This document shows, one piece after another, positions 23,647 through 32,000 of a stretch of DNA of 32,000 nucleotides. The position numbers were made by a program, and so were the translations under genes. Origin of the DNA: Synechococcus sp. A15-28. GTDB lineage: Bacteria > Cyanobacteriota > Cyanobacteriia > PCC-6307 > Cyanobiaceae. Position 1 is the first letter of the stretch, and every line of letters starts with the position of its first letter. The stretch covers positions 960,001-992,000 of the forward strand of contig NZ_CP047931.1 of assembly GCF_014280175.1 (NCBI RefSeq), read 5' to 3'. The notes under the pieces were generated by a model. That model saw only the letters and a program-made list of their open reading frames with translations. It ran no database searches and was not told the origin of the DNA.

Positions 23647-24846
23647 ATGACCACCCAGGCCTTGGCGGTAACGAATTCCTTGCTTCAAGTCAAAGACGCT
23701 CACCGCCAAGCGTTCAACGCCATCAACACGCCCGATCGCCTGTTGCTTGGGCCTGGCCCCTCCAATGCCCATCCGACGGTTCTTGAAGCTCTTTCGAGGA
23801 CGCCGATCGGTCATCTGGACCCTATCTACGTGGAGTTGATGGGTGAGGTTCAGGAATTACTGCGATACGCCTGGCAGACCGATAACCGACTCACCCTGCC
23901 GATGAGTGGCACCGGCAGCGCTGCCATGGAAGCCACCCTGGCCAACACCGTTGAGCCCGGTGACACGGTGCTGGTGGCCGTCAAGGGCTATTTCGGGCTG
24001 AGACTTGCCGATATGGCCGGTCGCTATCGAGCTACTGTGAAAACCATCGAGAAGCCCTGGGGTGAGTGGTTTTCCCTCGAAGAGTTGGAAGCAGCGCTGA
24101 TCGAGCACAAACCGGCGATCCTTGCTCTTGTCCACGCCGAAACCTCAACGGGCGTCTGCCAACCCATGGAGGGCGTCGGTGACCTCTGCCGCAAGCACAA
24201 CTGCCTGCTCCTGCTCGACACAGTCACCTCCCTCGGCGGAGTTCCCCTCTATATCGACGAGTGGAAGGTCGATCTGGCCTACAGCTGCAGTCAGAAGGGC
24301 TTGAGTTGCCCCCCTGGTCTCGGACCCTTCACGATGGGCCCCAGGGCCGAGGAGAAGATGACGTCCCGCAGCGGGAAGGTCCCGAACTGGTACCTGGATG
24401 TGTCCCTGCTGAACCGGTACTGGGGAAGTGACCGCGTGTACCACCACACAGCACCTGTGAACATGAACTTCGGCATGCGTGAGGCTCTGCGCCTGCTCGC
24501 CGAGGAGGGATTGGATGAGGCCTGGGCACGTCACCGCCGCAATGCTGAGCGCCTCTGGAGTGGCCTTGAGCGTCAAGGGCAGTCCATGCACGTTCCAGAG
24601 GAACGTCGGCTCCCCACCCTCACCACGGTTCGGATCCCGGACGGCGTTGACGGCAAAGCCTTCAGCCAGCACCTGCTCAACACCTTCGGCATTGAAGTGG
24701 GTGGTGGACTCGGCTCCCTGGCCGGGAAGATCTGGCGCATCGGTCTGATGGGCTACAACTCCACTCCTGAAAACGTGGATCGGCTGCTCAACCTGTTCGA
24801 GACCGAGCTTCCCCGCTTCAGCGGTTCCGCCGCCGCCGCTGCCTGA
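23647..24846 (+). CDS. class V PLP aminotransferase (alanine-glyoxylate / serine-pyruvate aminotransferase family)
   Basis: LLGPGPSNAHP..., HAETSTGV, and the PLP-lysine context YSCSQKGLSCPPGLGP. Confidence 0.85.
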   Translation: MTTQALAVTNSLLQVKDAHRQAFNAINTPDRLLLGPGPSNAHPTVLEALSRTPIGHLDPIYVELMGEVQELLRYAWQTDNRLTLPMSGTGSAAMEATLANTVEPGDTVLVAVKGYFGLRLADMAGRYRATVKTIEKPWGEWFSLEELEAALIEHKPAILALVHAETSTGVCQPMEGVGDLCRKHNCLLLLDTVTSLGGVPLYIDEWKVDLAYSCSQKGLSCPPGLGPFTMGPRAEEKMTSRSGKVPNWYLDVSLLNRYWGSDRVYHHTAPVNMNFGMREALRLLAEEGLDEAWARHRRNAERLWSGLERQGQSMHVPEERRLPTLTTVRIPDGVDGKAFSQHLLNTFGIEVGGGLGSLAGKIWRIGLMGYNSTPENVDRLLNLFETELPRFSGSAAAAA

Positions 24847-25291
24847 ACCAGATCTCCAGCTGATCAGCAGCTCGCTCCTGCATCAGGGGACCCACCACGC
24901 GCATGTGGTGATGGGCACTGGGGTCCGTTGCCAGATCAAGGCAACCCCCCAGCCCGCCACGTTTTCTGTCGGAGGCCCCAAACACCACAGTTCCCATTCG
25001 CGCCTGAACCAGGGCTCCAGCGCACATCGGACAGGGTTCGAGGGTGACGAGAAGGGTGCAGGGATTGAAGCGCCAGTCACCTCGAATGGTGGCGGCCTGA
25101 CTCAGGGCCACCAATTCCGCATGGCCCAGGGGGTCCTGGCACCGCTCACGTCGGTTGCGCCCGTGGCCGATGCAACGCCCTTGCTCGTCGAGAATGACGG
25201 CAGCCACTGGCACTTCACCGCTGTCTCCATTGTCGGAGGCTCGCGCCAGCAACACATTCATCCACTCGGTCCAGCGCTCTTTCTCGTTCAC
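24818..25291 (-). CDS. tadA: tRNA adenosine(34) deaminase TadA
   Basis: CDA-fold zinc motifs HAELVAL and PCPMCAGAL. It overlaps the aminotransferase gene convergently by 29 nt. Confidence 0.88.
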   Translation of the reverse strand: MNEKERWTEWMNVLLARASDNGDSGEVPVAAVILDEQGRCIGHGRNRRERCQDPLGHAELVALSQAATIRGDWRFNPCTLLVTLEPCPMCAGALVQARMGTVVFGASDRKRGGLGGCLDLATDPSAHHHMRVVGPLMQERAADQLEIWFRQRRRRNR

Positions 25292-25311
25292 CCCCTCTCT
25301 CGTCCGTCACT

Positions 25312-26763
25312 GTGAGCACCATCCCACGAGGCGCGAGGATCAACGCAGTTCCAACGCAGCCGGTGCACGCCTCCACCGATCTCCGGCCCGACCTGCACAG
25401 CCTGGACTCCTTCGCCTCTCCAGATCAAACCGATCCGGTTCTGCAGGATTTCCTGCACCGGGCCGCAGATCTGCTCTGTCATTGGATCGGTGCTGCCTCC
25501 CAGGGAGTGCCGTTGCCGACCGTGCGCCCTCAGCCCGACGTCGCTCCGATGGCGGCAGGGCTGGGAATGGAGGGGTTGCTCAAGGATCTTCAGCTGGTGA
25601 TGGATGGTGCCTACCAGCCCTCCCATCCGGGAGCTCTGGCCCATCTGGATCCACCGCCGCTCACGGCGACGATTGCAGCCGATCTGATCTGTGCCGGCCT
25701 CAACAACAATCTTCTGGCGGAGGAACTCTCCCCTGGGCTGACGGACCTCGAACATCAGCTATGCGGCTGGTTCTGTCAGCGACTGGGACTGCCGGAACAA
25801 AGCGGTGGGGTGCTGGCCAGCGGCGGCACCCTCAGCAATCTGATGGGGTTGGTGGTGGCCCGCACCGACGCGGGGGTTCGCGATGGCGTCGTGCTCTGCA
25901 GTCGCGACGCCCACGTCTCGCTTCAGAAGGCTGCCACCGTGATGGGACTGGCGGATGAGGCGCTTCTGCAGCTTCCCGTTGACAGCGACGGCGGCCTGAA
26001 CCTGGCAGCTTTGGAGTCGGCCCTGGTGGACTTACGCCGCGACGGTCGCTGCTGTCTGGCGGTTGTGGCGACCGCAGGCACCACAGTCCGGGGGGCGGTG
26101 GATCCCCTGAACGGGATCGCCAGCCTCTGCCGGCGTGAAGGGGTCTGGCTGCACGTGGATGCAGCGATCGGTGGGGTTTTTGCCCTTTGGGAGCCATTGG
26201 CATCCCTGATGAAGGGGTTGCATCAGGCGGATTCGATCACGCTCAATCCGCAGAAGCTGCTGGGGATCACCAAAACCTCCTCCATGCTGCTGTTGCGGGA
26301 CCGTTCCAAGCTGCGGCAGGCCTTCTCCACAGGGTTGCCCTACATGGAGTCCCCCTGCGGTGACGATCATGGTGGTGAGCTGGGTCTGCAGGGGACCCGG
26401 CCGGCTGAGGTGCTGAAGCTCTGGCTTGGCCTGCGGCAGCTCGGCATCGACGGCATCGGTTCCGTGCTGGAGTCCGCCCTCGAGCGCAAAGCCATGCTGA
26501 AACAGCTTTTGCCGGAGGATCGGCTGTTGCTGATGGATGGCGGCCTGCACCTGTTGGCCCTGCGACCCCGTCAGGACGATCCTGCTGTCTCCGCCCGTTG
26601 GACCGAGCAGACGCGACAGTTGCTGATGCGCCAGGGTTTCCTGCTGTCGCGCCCCCGTTACGACGATCATCACTGGTTGAAGGTGGTTCTGGGGAATCCC
26701 CACACCACCAGCTCACACCTGCAGCAGCTGGCAGGGTTGATCAGGCAGCAGCTGACCGACTGA
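25312..26763 (+). CDS. group II pyridoxal-dependent decarboxylase family protein
   Basis: GTG start (uncertain). Shows SGGTLSNLMGLVVAR, LHVDAAIGG, and the lysine context DSITLNPQKLLG. The substrate cannot be assigned. Confidence 0.8.
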   Translation: MSTIPRGARINAVPTQPVHASTDLRPDLHSLDSFASPDQTDPVLQDFLHRAADLLCHWIGAASQGVPLPTVRPQPDVAPMAAGLGMEGLLKDLQLVMDGAYQPSHPGALAHLDPPPLTATIAADLICAGLNNNLLAEELSPGLTDLEHQLCGWFCQRLGLPEQSGGVLASGGTLSNLMGLVVARTDAGVRDGVVLCSRDAHVSLQKAATVMGLADEALLQLPVDSDGGLNLAALESALVDLRRDGRCCLAVVATAGTTVRGAVDPLNGIASLCRREGVWLHVDAAIGGVFALWEPLASLMKGLHQADSITLNPQKLLGITKTSSMLLLRDRSKLRQAFSTGLPYMESPCGDDHGGELGLQGTRPAEVLKLWLGLRQLGIDGIGSVLESALERKAMLKQLLPEDRLLLMDGGLHLLALRPRQDDPAVSARWTEQTRQLLMRQGFLLSRPRYDDHHWLKVVLGNPHTTSSHLQQLAGLIRQQLTD

Positions 26764-26794
26764 TCCCGCAGAATCGGACCGCGTTGTGCGGGAT
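26763..26794 (+). terminator. 8-bp stem-loop immediately after the decarboxylase stop
   Basis: atcccgca (26763-26770) pairs with tgcgggat (26787-26794), with a 16-nt loop. No U-tract follows, so the function is inferred only. Confidence 0.35.
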
Positions 26795-26797
26795 GGA

Positions 26798-27019
26798 ATG
26801 GGCGTGAACGAGCAGCGTCCGCGCTGGGTGGCGATCGTGACCGGGGCCATTTCCATCGCGATCGCGGTGGTTTATCTCCTGTTGATCACCGTTCTCGACG
26901 CTCGGGGTCCGATGCTGCCTCCCCCTCCCGAGGCCCTGGGTGTGGTGGAAGGGTTGCCGCTGCTTTCCGCTTCAGTGGCTCCACCACCTGGCGCATCGCG
27001 GTTTCAAGAAATCGCTTGA
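26798..27019 (+). CDS. small TM protein candidate (73 aa)
   Basis: Lies within track ORF 26786..27019. The ATG at 26798 gives MGVNEQRPRWVAIVTGAISIAIAVVYLLLITVLDARGPMLPPPPEALG. Its 3' 134 nt overlap the convergent GTPase gene. Confidence 0.35.
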   Translation: MGVNEQRPRWVAIVTGAISIAIAVVYLLLITVLDARGPMLPPPPEALGVVEGLPLLSASVAPPPGASRFQEIA

Positions 27020-28481
27020 GGGACGCCTCCCGTCGGTTCAGCTCGAAGGCGTCCTGAACCACCGACTGAATGCCCTCATCCCCCCAGTCCTGGTCCTGCT
27101 CGAAATAGCGAATGAAACTGGCACCGGCGATACGGGTAAGCCAAGCGGTCACCACGCCCTGGACGCCCCGGCCGATGAGCAGCGTTGGTAGAGACAAGCT
27201 CAGTGCAGGGCTGATCAGACTCAAGGCACCTTTGACGATGCCGAGCCCTGCCAGGGTGCGCCCCACGGACACCGCCAGCTCCCTGGCGCGTTCCTTGGTC
27301 ATGTCAACGCCGTAAACGGCGGCGATTTCCAGCACCATCTGGCCATTCACCGCCGCTGTGCTCAGCAGGTCCACCCCGGGCAATGGCGTGGCGGCCACGA
27401 TCCCGGCACCGATCCAGCTGTAGCGATCAACGCATCGCTTCGCCTCGCGTCGTCGCTGGCTGTTGAGCAGGTCCCGTCCCCGTTGGTCCAGCTGTCGGCA
27501 CTGCAGAAGAATGTTGTCAGCGATCAGTTCCTCACCGTCTGCATGCAGGACGGCGGCCAGCCGCTGCAACAGTTCATTGACATCTGGAGCCGGTTGCAGG
27601 GGGCGTCCACCCGGCTGGGGAATCGATTGTGGTGCGGCGCTGCAAGCCACAACATCGGCAGCAGGCACCAGCCCAGTGCATCGGCTGCGCAGCACCTGAA
27701 GCAGGCGTTTCTCCTCCTCGGCACCCCGCAGATCCCGTTTGTTCAACACCAACAGCAACCGTTTCCCCAGTCCTGCCAGGGATTGCAGCACCGTCATCTC
27801 CGAGCTGCGCAGGTCACCATCCACCACCACCAACAGCAGGTCGGCACGAACCGCCTGTTGGCGCGCTCGGTCTTCACGACTGAGCCCAGCATCCCCCGCT
27901 TCAAGAATGCCCGGGGTATCAACCAGGCGCAGACCCCGTTCCAGTCCCTTCAAGCGCAGGCGATAGCTGGGTGTGCTGCGGGTGGATCCCATCGCGGCGG
28001 TCACATCACCCACCATGTCCTCCAGCAGGGCGCGGATCAGCGATGTTTTGCCGCTGGATCCTGTGCCGAACACCACCACCACAAGATCGCCGCGGGCCAG
28101 GTCCTGTTCCACCCGTTCGCGCTCCTGGCGCAGGCTTTCCCGCACCACACCGTCCTCCAGCCGTTCGAGCAGGCGATCAATGCTGATCAGGCTCCGGTCA
28201 GCGGCGTCACGCCGGGTTGTCGGCACCGCCTGAGGGGCTTCGGCGCGCTTGCTGCTGGATCGCTGCCGGATCTGTCTCCACCAGGGCAGTCCCACCTGCA
28301 CCACCAGGGCTGCGACCAGGGCTAATCCCAGCAACAGCAATGGCGTGATCAGCCAGCCGGGCAGGAAGTAGCTCAGATCCCAGAGAAGGGTTCGAACGGC
28401 CTGCAGCAGGCCACCCAGCACGATCAGAGCCGCCAGGGCAGCGGCCAGTCCCAGCAGCAGTCGGTGGCGTTTTGGGATCAC
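26886..28481 (-). CDS. membrane-associated GTPase with C-terminal DUF697-like domain
   Basis: N-terminal TM helices, then G1 GTGSSGKTSL, G3 DTPG and G4 NKRD. The C-terminal membrane region is YcjF/DUF697-like. Its GTG start overlaps the lspA stop (GTGA). Confidence 0.8.
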   Translation of the reverse strand: MIPKRHRLLLGLAAALAALIVLGGLLQAVRTLLWDLSYFLPGWLITPLLLLGLALVAALVVQVGLPWWRQIRQRSSSKRAEAPQAVPTTRRDAADRSLISIDRLLERLEDGVVRESLRQERERVEQDLARGDLVVVVFGTGSSGKTSLIRALLEDMVGDVTAAMGSTRSTPSYRLRLKGLERGLRLVDTPGILEAGDAGLSREDRARQQAVRADLLLVVVDGDLRSSEMTVLQSLAGLGKRLLLVLNKRDLRGAEEEKRLLQVLRSRCTGLVPAADVVACSAAPQSIPQPGGRPLQPAPDVNELLQRLAAVLHADGEELIADNILLQCRQLDQRGRDLLNSQRRREAKRCVDRYSWIGAGIVAATPLPGVDLLSTAAVNGQMVLEIAAVYGVDMTKERARELAVSVGRTLAGLGIVKGALSLISPALSLSLPTLLIGRGVQGVVTAWLTRIAGASFIRYFEQDQDWGDEGIQSVVQDAFELNRREASLKRFLETAMRQVVEPLKRKAAATLPPHPGPREGEAASDPERRER

Positions 28482-28957
28482 GACGGTGCCTTGCTGCCCC
28501 GGCTGCTCCAGAGATCAATAAAAAAACAGAGGACAGCCAGGTTGATGGCGACATCCGCTGGATTGAAGATCGGGAAGTTGATGGGCACAAGGGCGAGGAA
28601 ATCGATCACATGGCCGATGCGCCAGCGATCAATGCCGTTTCCCAGGGTGCCCCCCAGCAGAAAAGCCACGGCCATCCCCTGCCAGAACGGAGCTGCGCGA
28701 TGCCGCATCACCCAGATCAACAGGCCTGCCGTCACGGCCAGACTCAACACTCCAAGCCACTGGACTGAGCCGCGTAACAAGCTGAAAGCTGCGCCGGTGT
28801 TGTGCACGAGCTGGCCGTTGAGCAGGCCAGGAAGCAGTGGAACAATGCGTCCATCGGCCAGCTGGGACGAGGCCAGTAGTTTTGTGCCCTGATCCACGAC
28901 CACCACCAGGCCAGCGACCCCCAAAAGCGGGGTGCGTCGAAGGGTTGAGCTTGTCAT
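28478..28957 (-). CDS. lspA: lipoprotein signal peptidase II
   Basis: VVDQGTKLL, NTGAAFS and FNPADVAINL are present. The ATG at 28957 forms an ATGA overlap with the bioY stop. The track start is at 28975. Confidence 0.85.
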   Translation of the reverse strand: MTSSTLRRTPLLGVAGLVVVVDQGTKLLASSQLADGRIVPLLPGLLNGQLVHNTGAAFSLLRGSVQWLGVLSLAVTAGLLIWVMRHRAAPFWQGMAVAFLLGGTLGNGIDRWRIGHVIDFLALVPINFPIFNPADVAINLAVLCFFIDLWSSRGSKAPS

Positions 28958-29523
28958 TCCTTGATCACCAGACACCAGCGCAGGATCACAGCCATGAGGG
29001 CTGTGGCTGCGCAGAGAGCGAGTTGTGCGGGCAGGGGCCTAACCCCGTAGCTGAGAACAAGCTCCGTCAGGGGCTGATCCCAGCGTCTCAGCAGTGCGCC
29101 AACAGCCAGATTCACCAGACCGGACAGCTGCAGTGTCATCAACCCAGCCACGGCGGCGGCGGCTTGGGATGTGAGATCACCCATGCCCTGCTGCTGGGAG
29201 AGACGACCCGTCAGCCAGGCCGCGGGGATGAATCCGGCCAAATAGCCGAAGCCAGGTTCCAGCACGTAGGGGAGCCCCCCGCCGCTGTGGAACACCGGCA
29301 GATCCAGCAGACCGAGGCTGAGATAGGCCACGGCGGCCATCATCCCGGCACGGGGACCACTGACGAGGGCGCAGAGCAGAAGCGCCGGTACCTGCCAGGT
29401 CGCCGGCAGATCCACCAGCTGCAATGGCGCTGATGGAATCAGCAGGGCAGAGGGCAGCAGGCCGCCGATCACGATCAACAGCAATCCGGCCAGGGCTCCA
29501 CTCCAGGTGGCGAGAGCTTTCAC
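28954..29523 (-). CDS. bioY: biotin transporter BioY
   Basis: A six-TM small protein with a BioY-like pattern (PATWQVPALLLCALVSGPRAG...GGLPYVLEPGFGYLAGFIPAAWL). Confidence 0.75.
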   Translation of the reverse strand: MKALATWSGALAGLLLIVIGGLLPSALLIPSAPLQLVDLPATWQVPALLLCALVSGPRAGMMAAVAYLSLGLLDLPVFHSGGGLPYVLEPGFGYLAGFIPAAWLTGRLSQQQGMGDLTSQAAAAVAGLMTLQLSGLVNLAVGALLRRWDQPLTELVLSYGVRPLPAQLALCAATALMAVILRWCLVIKE

Positions 29524-29579
29524 GCCGGTCGATCAACTGAGCGCATCCTGCTTGAGAATGCAGGTCCTGCCCAGATCCC

Positions 29580-29801
29580 ATGTCCGTTTCCGTCGGCGAT
29601 CGCCTGCGACTGACCGCTGCTCAGACCTATCTCAAAACCGCTGATCCGATGCCGATGCTGCGGCCACCGGATCTGGTGTCGGTGGGTGAAATCGGGGAAG
29701 TGATTGCGCTCCATCCTCTCGAAACCGTGGCTGTCCGCTTTCGTCAGGGGGCATTCCTGATCCCCCTCACTCAACTGGAACCCGTAGCGGCTGAGGACTG
29801 A
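29580..29801 (+). CDS. DUF3148 / SipA-like small protein (73 aa)
   Basis: VGDRLRLTAAQTYLKTADPMPMLRPPDLVSVGEIGEV matches the conserved YLKTA(D/E)PMPMLRPPD core. The family name is from memory. Confidence 0.65.
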   Translation: MSVSVGDRLRLTAAQTYLKTADPMPMLRPPDLVSVGEIGEVIALHPLETVAVRFRQGAFLIPLTQLEPVAAED

Positions 29802-31039
29802 AGCTGGTGCCAGCGGCGCTCCAGCCCCTTGAGTGCATCCGCCGGACCGCAAAGACTGAGGTGGGGACGGTGGAGCCAGCGCTGGGCTGCCTCCATCAGC
29901 TGCGGAGCCTGCAGCGATTCGATGCGTTCCAGGCAGAGATGGTCGTGGTCATCGCTCAGACCGAGGCTGCGTCGGTGTGCAGCCCGTTCAGCCCGCTGGG
30001 CGCTGGTCTGGCGGCCATGGGCGATCTGGCCACGGAATTTGGCCCGCGCCAGGGTCAGGTCGTCCTCGCTGAGGGGCTGGCTGCGCAACTCCTGCCAGCT
30101 CTGGTGCAGGAGAGACAAGCTGAGCTCAGCACGTTCGGCGCTGCTGGAGGCATGCAGGACGAACGGCGAAGCTCCAGCTCGCGCCGGGTGATGCGCACCG
30201 ACGTCGTAGGCCACACCATGGTCCTCCCGCAGTCGTCGGAACAGCAGGCTCGACATGCCTGAGCCCAGATGGCACTGCAGCAGACGCAGGGCCAGGTCAT
30301 CCGGGTGGCCATGGGGGCAGCAGGGTTGGCCCAGCATCATCACCACCTGCTCGGTGTCGATGGATTGCATGATCAGATCGCCCTCTGCGCCGGGCATCCA
30401 GTGCACCGGTGGAGGCGGTGGAGCCTCGTCGGTGTCGTGCCAGCCCTCTCCGGTCCGGTTCAGCAGTGTGTCGTCCAGGCTGGAGGACCAGGTTCCGCTG
30501 AGGGCCAGTACGGAACGACCCGATGTCAGCTGTGCGGCCAGGGCCCGAAGAGCGCCCTCATCCAGTTGCTGCAGGTCATCGATCACACCGAGCGGATCAT
30601 GGCCGTAGCCCGTGTCGCCGTAGACCAGCCGCCGCCATTGATCGATCGCCAGTTGAAAGGGATCCTCCCGTTGGCGTTGCAGGGCCTGCACACTTAAGGA
30701 TCGCTCCAGTTCCAGTTGTTCCGTTGCCAGATGGGGTGCTGTGACCATCCAGTCGAGCAACGGCATCAACTCCTGGGCGTCTTCGCTGGTGCAGCGAAGG
30801 CTGATCAGCAACCCGTCTTCGTTGGCGTCGCTGCGCAGTCCGGCCCCTCTCCCTTCCACCAGATCCGCCAGCTGGCGGTGGTCGTACGGTCCGCAACCGC
30901 GGCTGAGGGTGGCCGCCAGCAGCTGATGGGCACCACGCTGGCCGACACCGTCTGTGGCGCTTCCCCAGGGCAGCAGCAGCTTTGCCGCCAACACCCCTGG
31001 GGTGGTGATTCGATCAACGATCAACTCCGGGATGGCCAT
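29771..31039 (-). CDS. M16 family peptidase (insulinase-like), second subunit
   Basis: Length and pattern are typical of M16. The ATG at 31039 shares one nt with the upstream stop (TGATG). The track ORF extends to 31081. Confidence 0.8.
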   Translation of the reverse strand: MAIPELIVDRITTPGVLAAKLLLPWGSATDGVGQRGAHQLLAATLSRGCGPYDHRQLADLVEGRGAGLRSDANEDGLLISLRCTSEDAQELMPLLDWMVTAPHLATEQLELERSLSVQALQRQREDPFQLAIDQWRRLVYGDTGYGHDPLGVIDDLQQLDEGALRALAAQLTSGRSVLALSGTWSSSLDDTLLNRTGEGWHDTDEAPPPPPVHWMPGAEGDLIMQSIDTEQVVMMLGQPCCPHGHPDDLALRLLQCHLGSGMSSLLFRRLREDHGVAYDVGAHHPARAGASPFVLHASSSAERAELSLSLLHQSWQELRSQPLSEDDLTLARAKFRGQIAHGRQTSAQRAERAAHRRSLGLSDDHDHLCLERIESLQAPQLMEAAQRWLHRPHLSLCGPADALKGLERRWHQLQSSAATGSS

Positions 31040-32000
31040 CAGCGTCGCCCCGCCGGAGTTGCGATCAGGCGGCAGGCCCAATCGGGCCGAAGGAGCGGCA
31101 CCAATTCCGTCGACAGCCGATCTTCACTCCAGGTCTGCAGATGCTGCAGGGGTTGCAGCAGCTCCTGCGGGCGATCCCACAAGGTCTGGCTGGCCGCCTG
31201 GGCTGCCACCTGCCCCACCGATTCCAGGGCGTAACGCAAACCGTTGCCGACTAGCTGGCGGCCACGCATCAGTTCCGCGGCTGAAAAGGGGGCCGCCTGC
31301 TCAAGTTGCTCATGAACCGTCGCCTCCACCTGCTCAAGGTCCTCGGGTTCACAGCTGATCTCCAGGGTCATCAGGCAGCCCTGTTCCAGAACACTAAGGT
31401 CCATGTCCACGCTTTCGGCGATCCGCAGCTCCTCCCGGAGCCTGGCCACAAGACGACTGCGTCGCCCCTCCCCCAGCAGTGATGTGGCGAGATCAGCGCC
31501 CATCACCCAGGCCTGGTCGTGGGCGGGAGGACCGCTCCAGAGCATCAGCAATCGCGCTGATTCCAGGCGCGGAAGTTCGATGCTGTGGCGACCCGGCAGG
31601 AGCTTGAGTCCTGTTGGCTCAGCCGTCGGGTGCGCGTCTGACGGCAAATCCGCCAGGGCAGAGCTCTCGATCGTGGCTTTCAGCTCCCTGGCCTTCGGCC
31701 CGCTGATGGCGATGCAGCAATTCTGACCTCGGTAGCGGCGTCGATGGAACCGGCGCATCGCTTCGGGGTCCATGGCCAGAAGACTGGAGCGTTCCCCGAG
31801 GATGGGTCGTCCATAGGGGTGGTCCGGGCAGCCCTGCTTCAGAAGCTGTTGCAGGACCAGCTCATCCGGTTGATCGGCGTACTGGGCGATCTCCTCGAGT
31901 ACCACCTCCCGCTCCAGGCGAAAGGGCTCGTGCTCCAGGGCTGGGTGCAGCACCAAATCCAGCAGCAGTTCCAGGGCCTGCTGGCTCTGAGTGGGTGGAA
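31039..32000 (-). CDS. M16 family peptidase (insulinase-like), first subunit, 5' end outside the window
   Basis: The reading frame stays open from 31956 to the window edge (..QQALELLLDLVLHPALEHEPFRLEREVVLEEI). The HxxEH motif would lie upstream of the window. Confidence 0.8.
   Translation of the reverse strand, partial: PPTQSQQALELLLDLVLHPALEHEPFRLEREVVLEEIAQYADQPDELVLQQLLKQGCPDHPYGRPILGERSSLLAMDPEAMRRFHRRRYRGQNCCIAISGPKARELKATIESSALADLPSDAHPTAEPTGLKLLPGRHSIELPRLESARLLMLWSGPPAHDQAWVMGADLATSLLGEGRRSRLVARLREELRIAESVDMDLSVLEQGCLMTLEISCEPEDLEQVEATVHEQLEQAAPFSAAELMRGRQLVGNGLRYALESVGQVAAQAASQTLWDRPQELLQPLQHLQTWSEDRLSTELVPLLRPDWACRLIATPAGRR

Noticed and set aside
26200-26260. The PLP-lysine context of the decarboxylase reads NPQK instead of the usual NPHK, which could indicate an atypical or inactive enzyme.
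   Set aside because: I cannot verify from memory how invariant this His is across group II decarboxylases. All other motifs look intact, and without an alignment this is too weak to report as a finding.

Overview
The window reads as a high-GC marine picocyanobacterial chromosome segment, probably Synechococcus-like. That assignment is inferred from gene content: psb28, apcF, a GUN4-domain protein, an NtcA-type glnA promoter, and the rsmA-ispE-pdhB-secD-secF order. Core housekeeping genes fill about 6.75-12.67 kb and 14.4-32 kb. Many of them are joined by 1-4 nt start/stop overlaps.

Two visibly AT-richer accessory segments interrupt the core. The first is an island of at least 6.6 kb at the left edge (1 to ~6650), whose left border lies outside the window. 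Hand-counted 60-nt lines give ~30% GC at 2701-2760 versus ~67% at 7001-7060. The second is a ~1.7 kb islet between secF and a tandem AI-2E transporter pair (~12.67-14.4 kb). Both are packed with short orphan ORFs, several below the 60-aa cutoff of the supplied track. These include a clear SmtA-type metallothionein (1384-1554) and several single-TM peptides.

The best leads for something undescribed are:
- A pair of small paralogous ORFs, one in each accessory segment (4760-4960 + and 13276-13452 -). They share a protein-level conserved 28-aa N-terminal block followed by unrelated C-termini.
- A 200-aa orphan ORF with a winged-helix-like C-terminus, bracketed by about nine copies of a TATGG(G)CC-type motif. 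Three of these are perfect 12-bp tandem units lying on its start codon.
- A 70-nt tandem repeat, plus a diverged third copy, with terminator-like ends. It sits just upstream of a 33-aa hydrophobic peptide ORF that has an unusually strong Shine-Dalgarno sequence.

I could not support any CRISPR array, rRNA, tRNA, transposase or integrase. All family names come from motif recognition by eye. No searches were run, and short-ORF calls are tentative.
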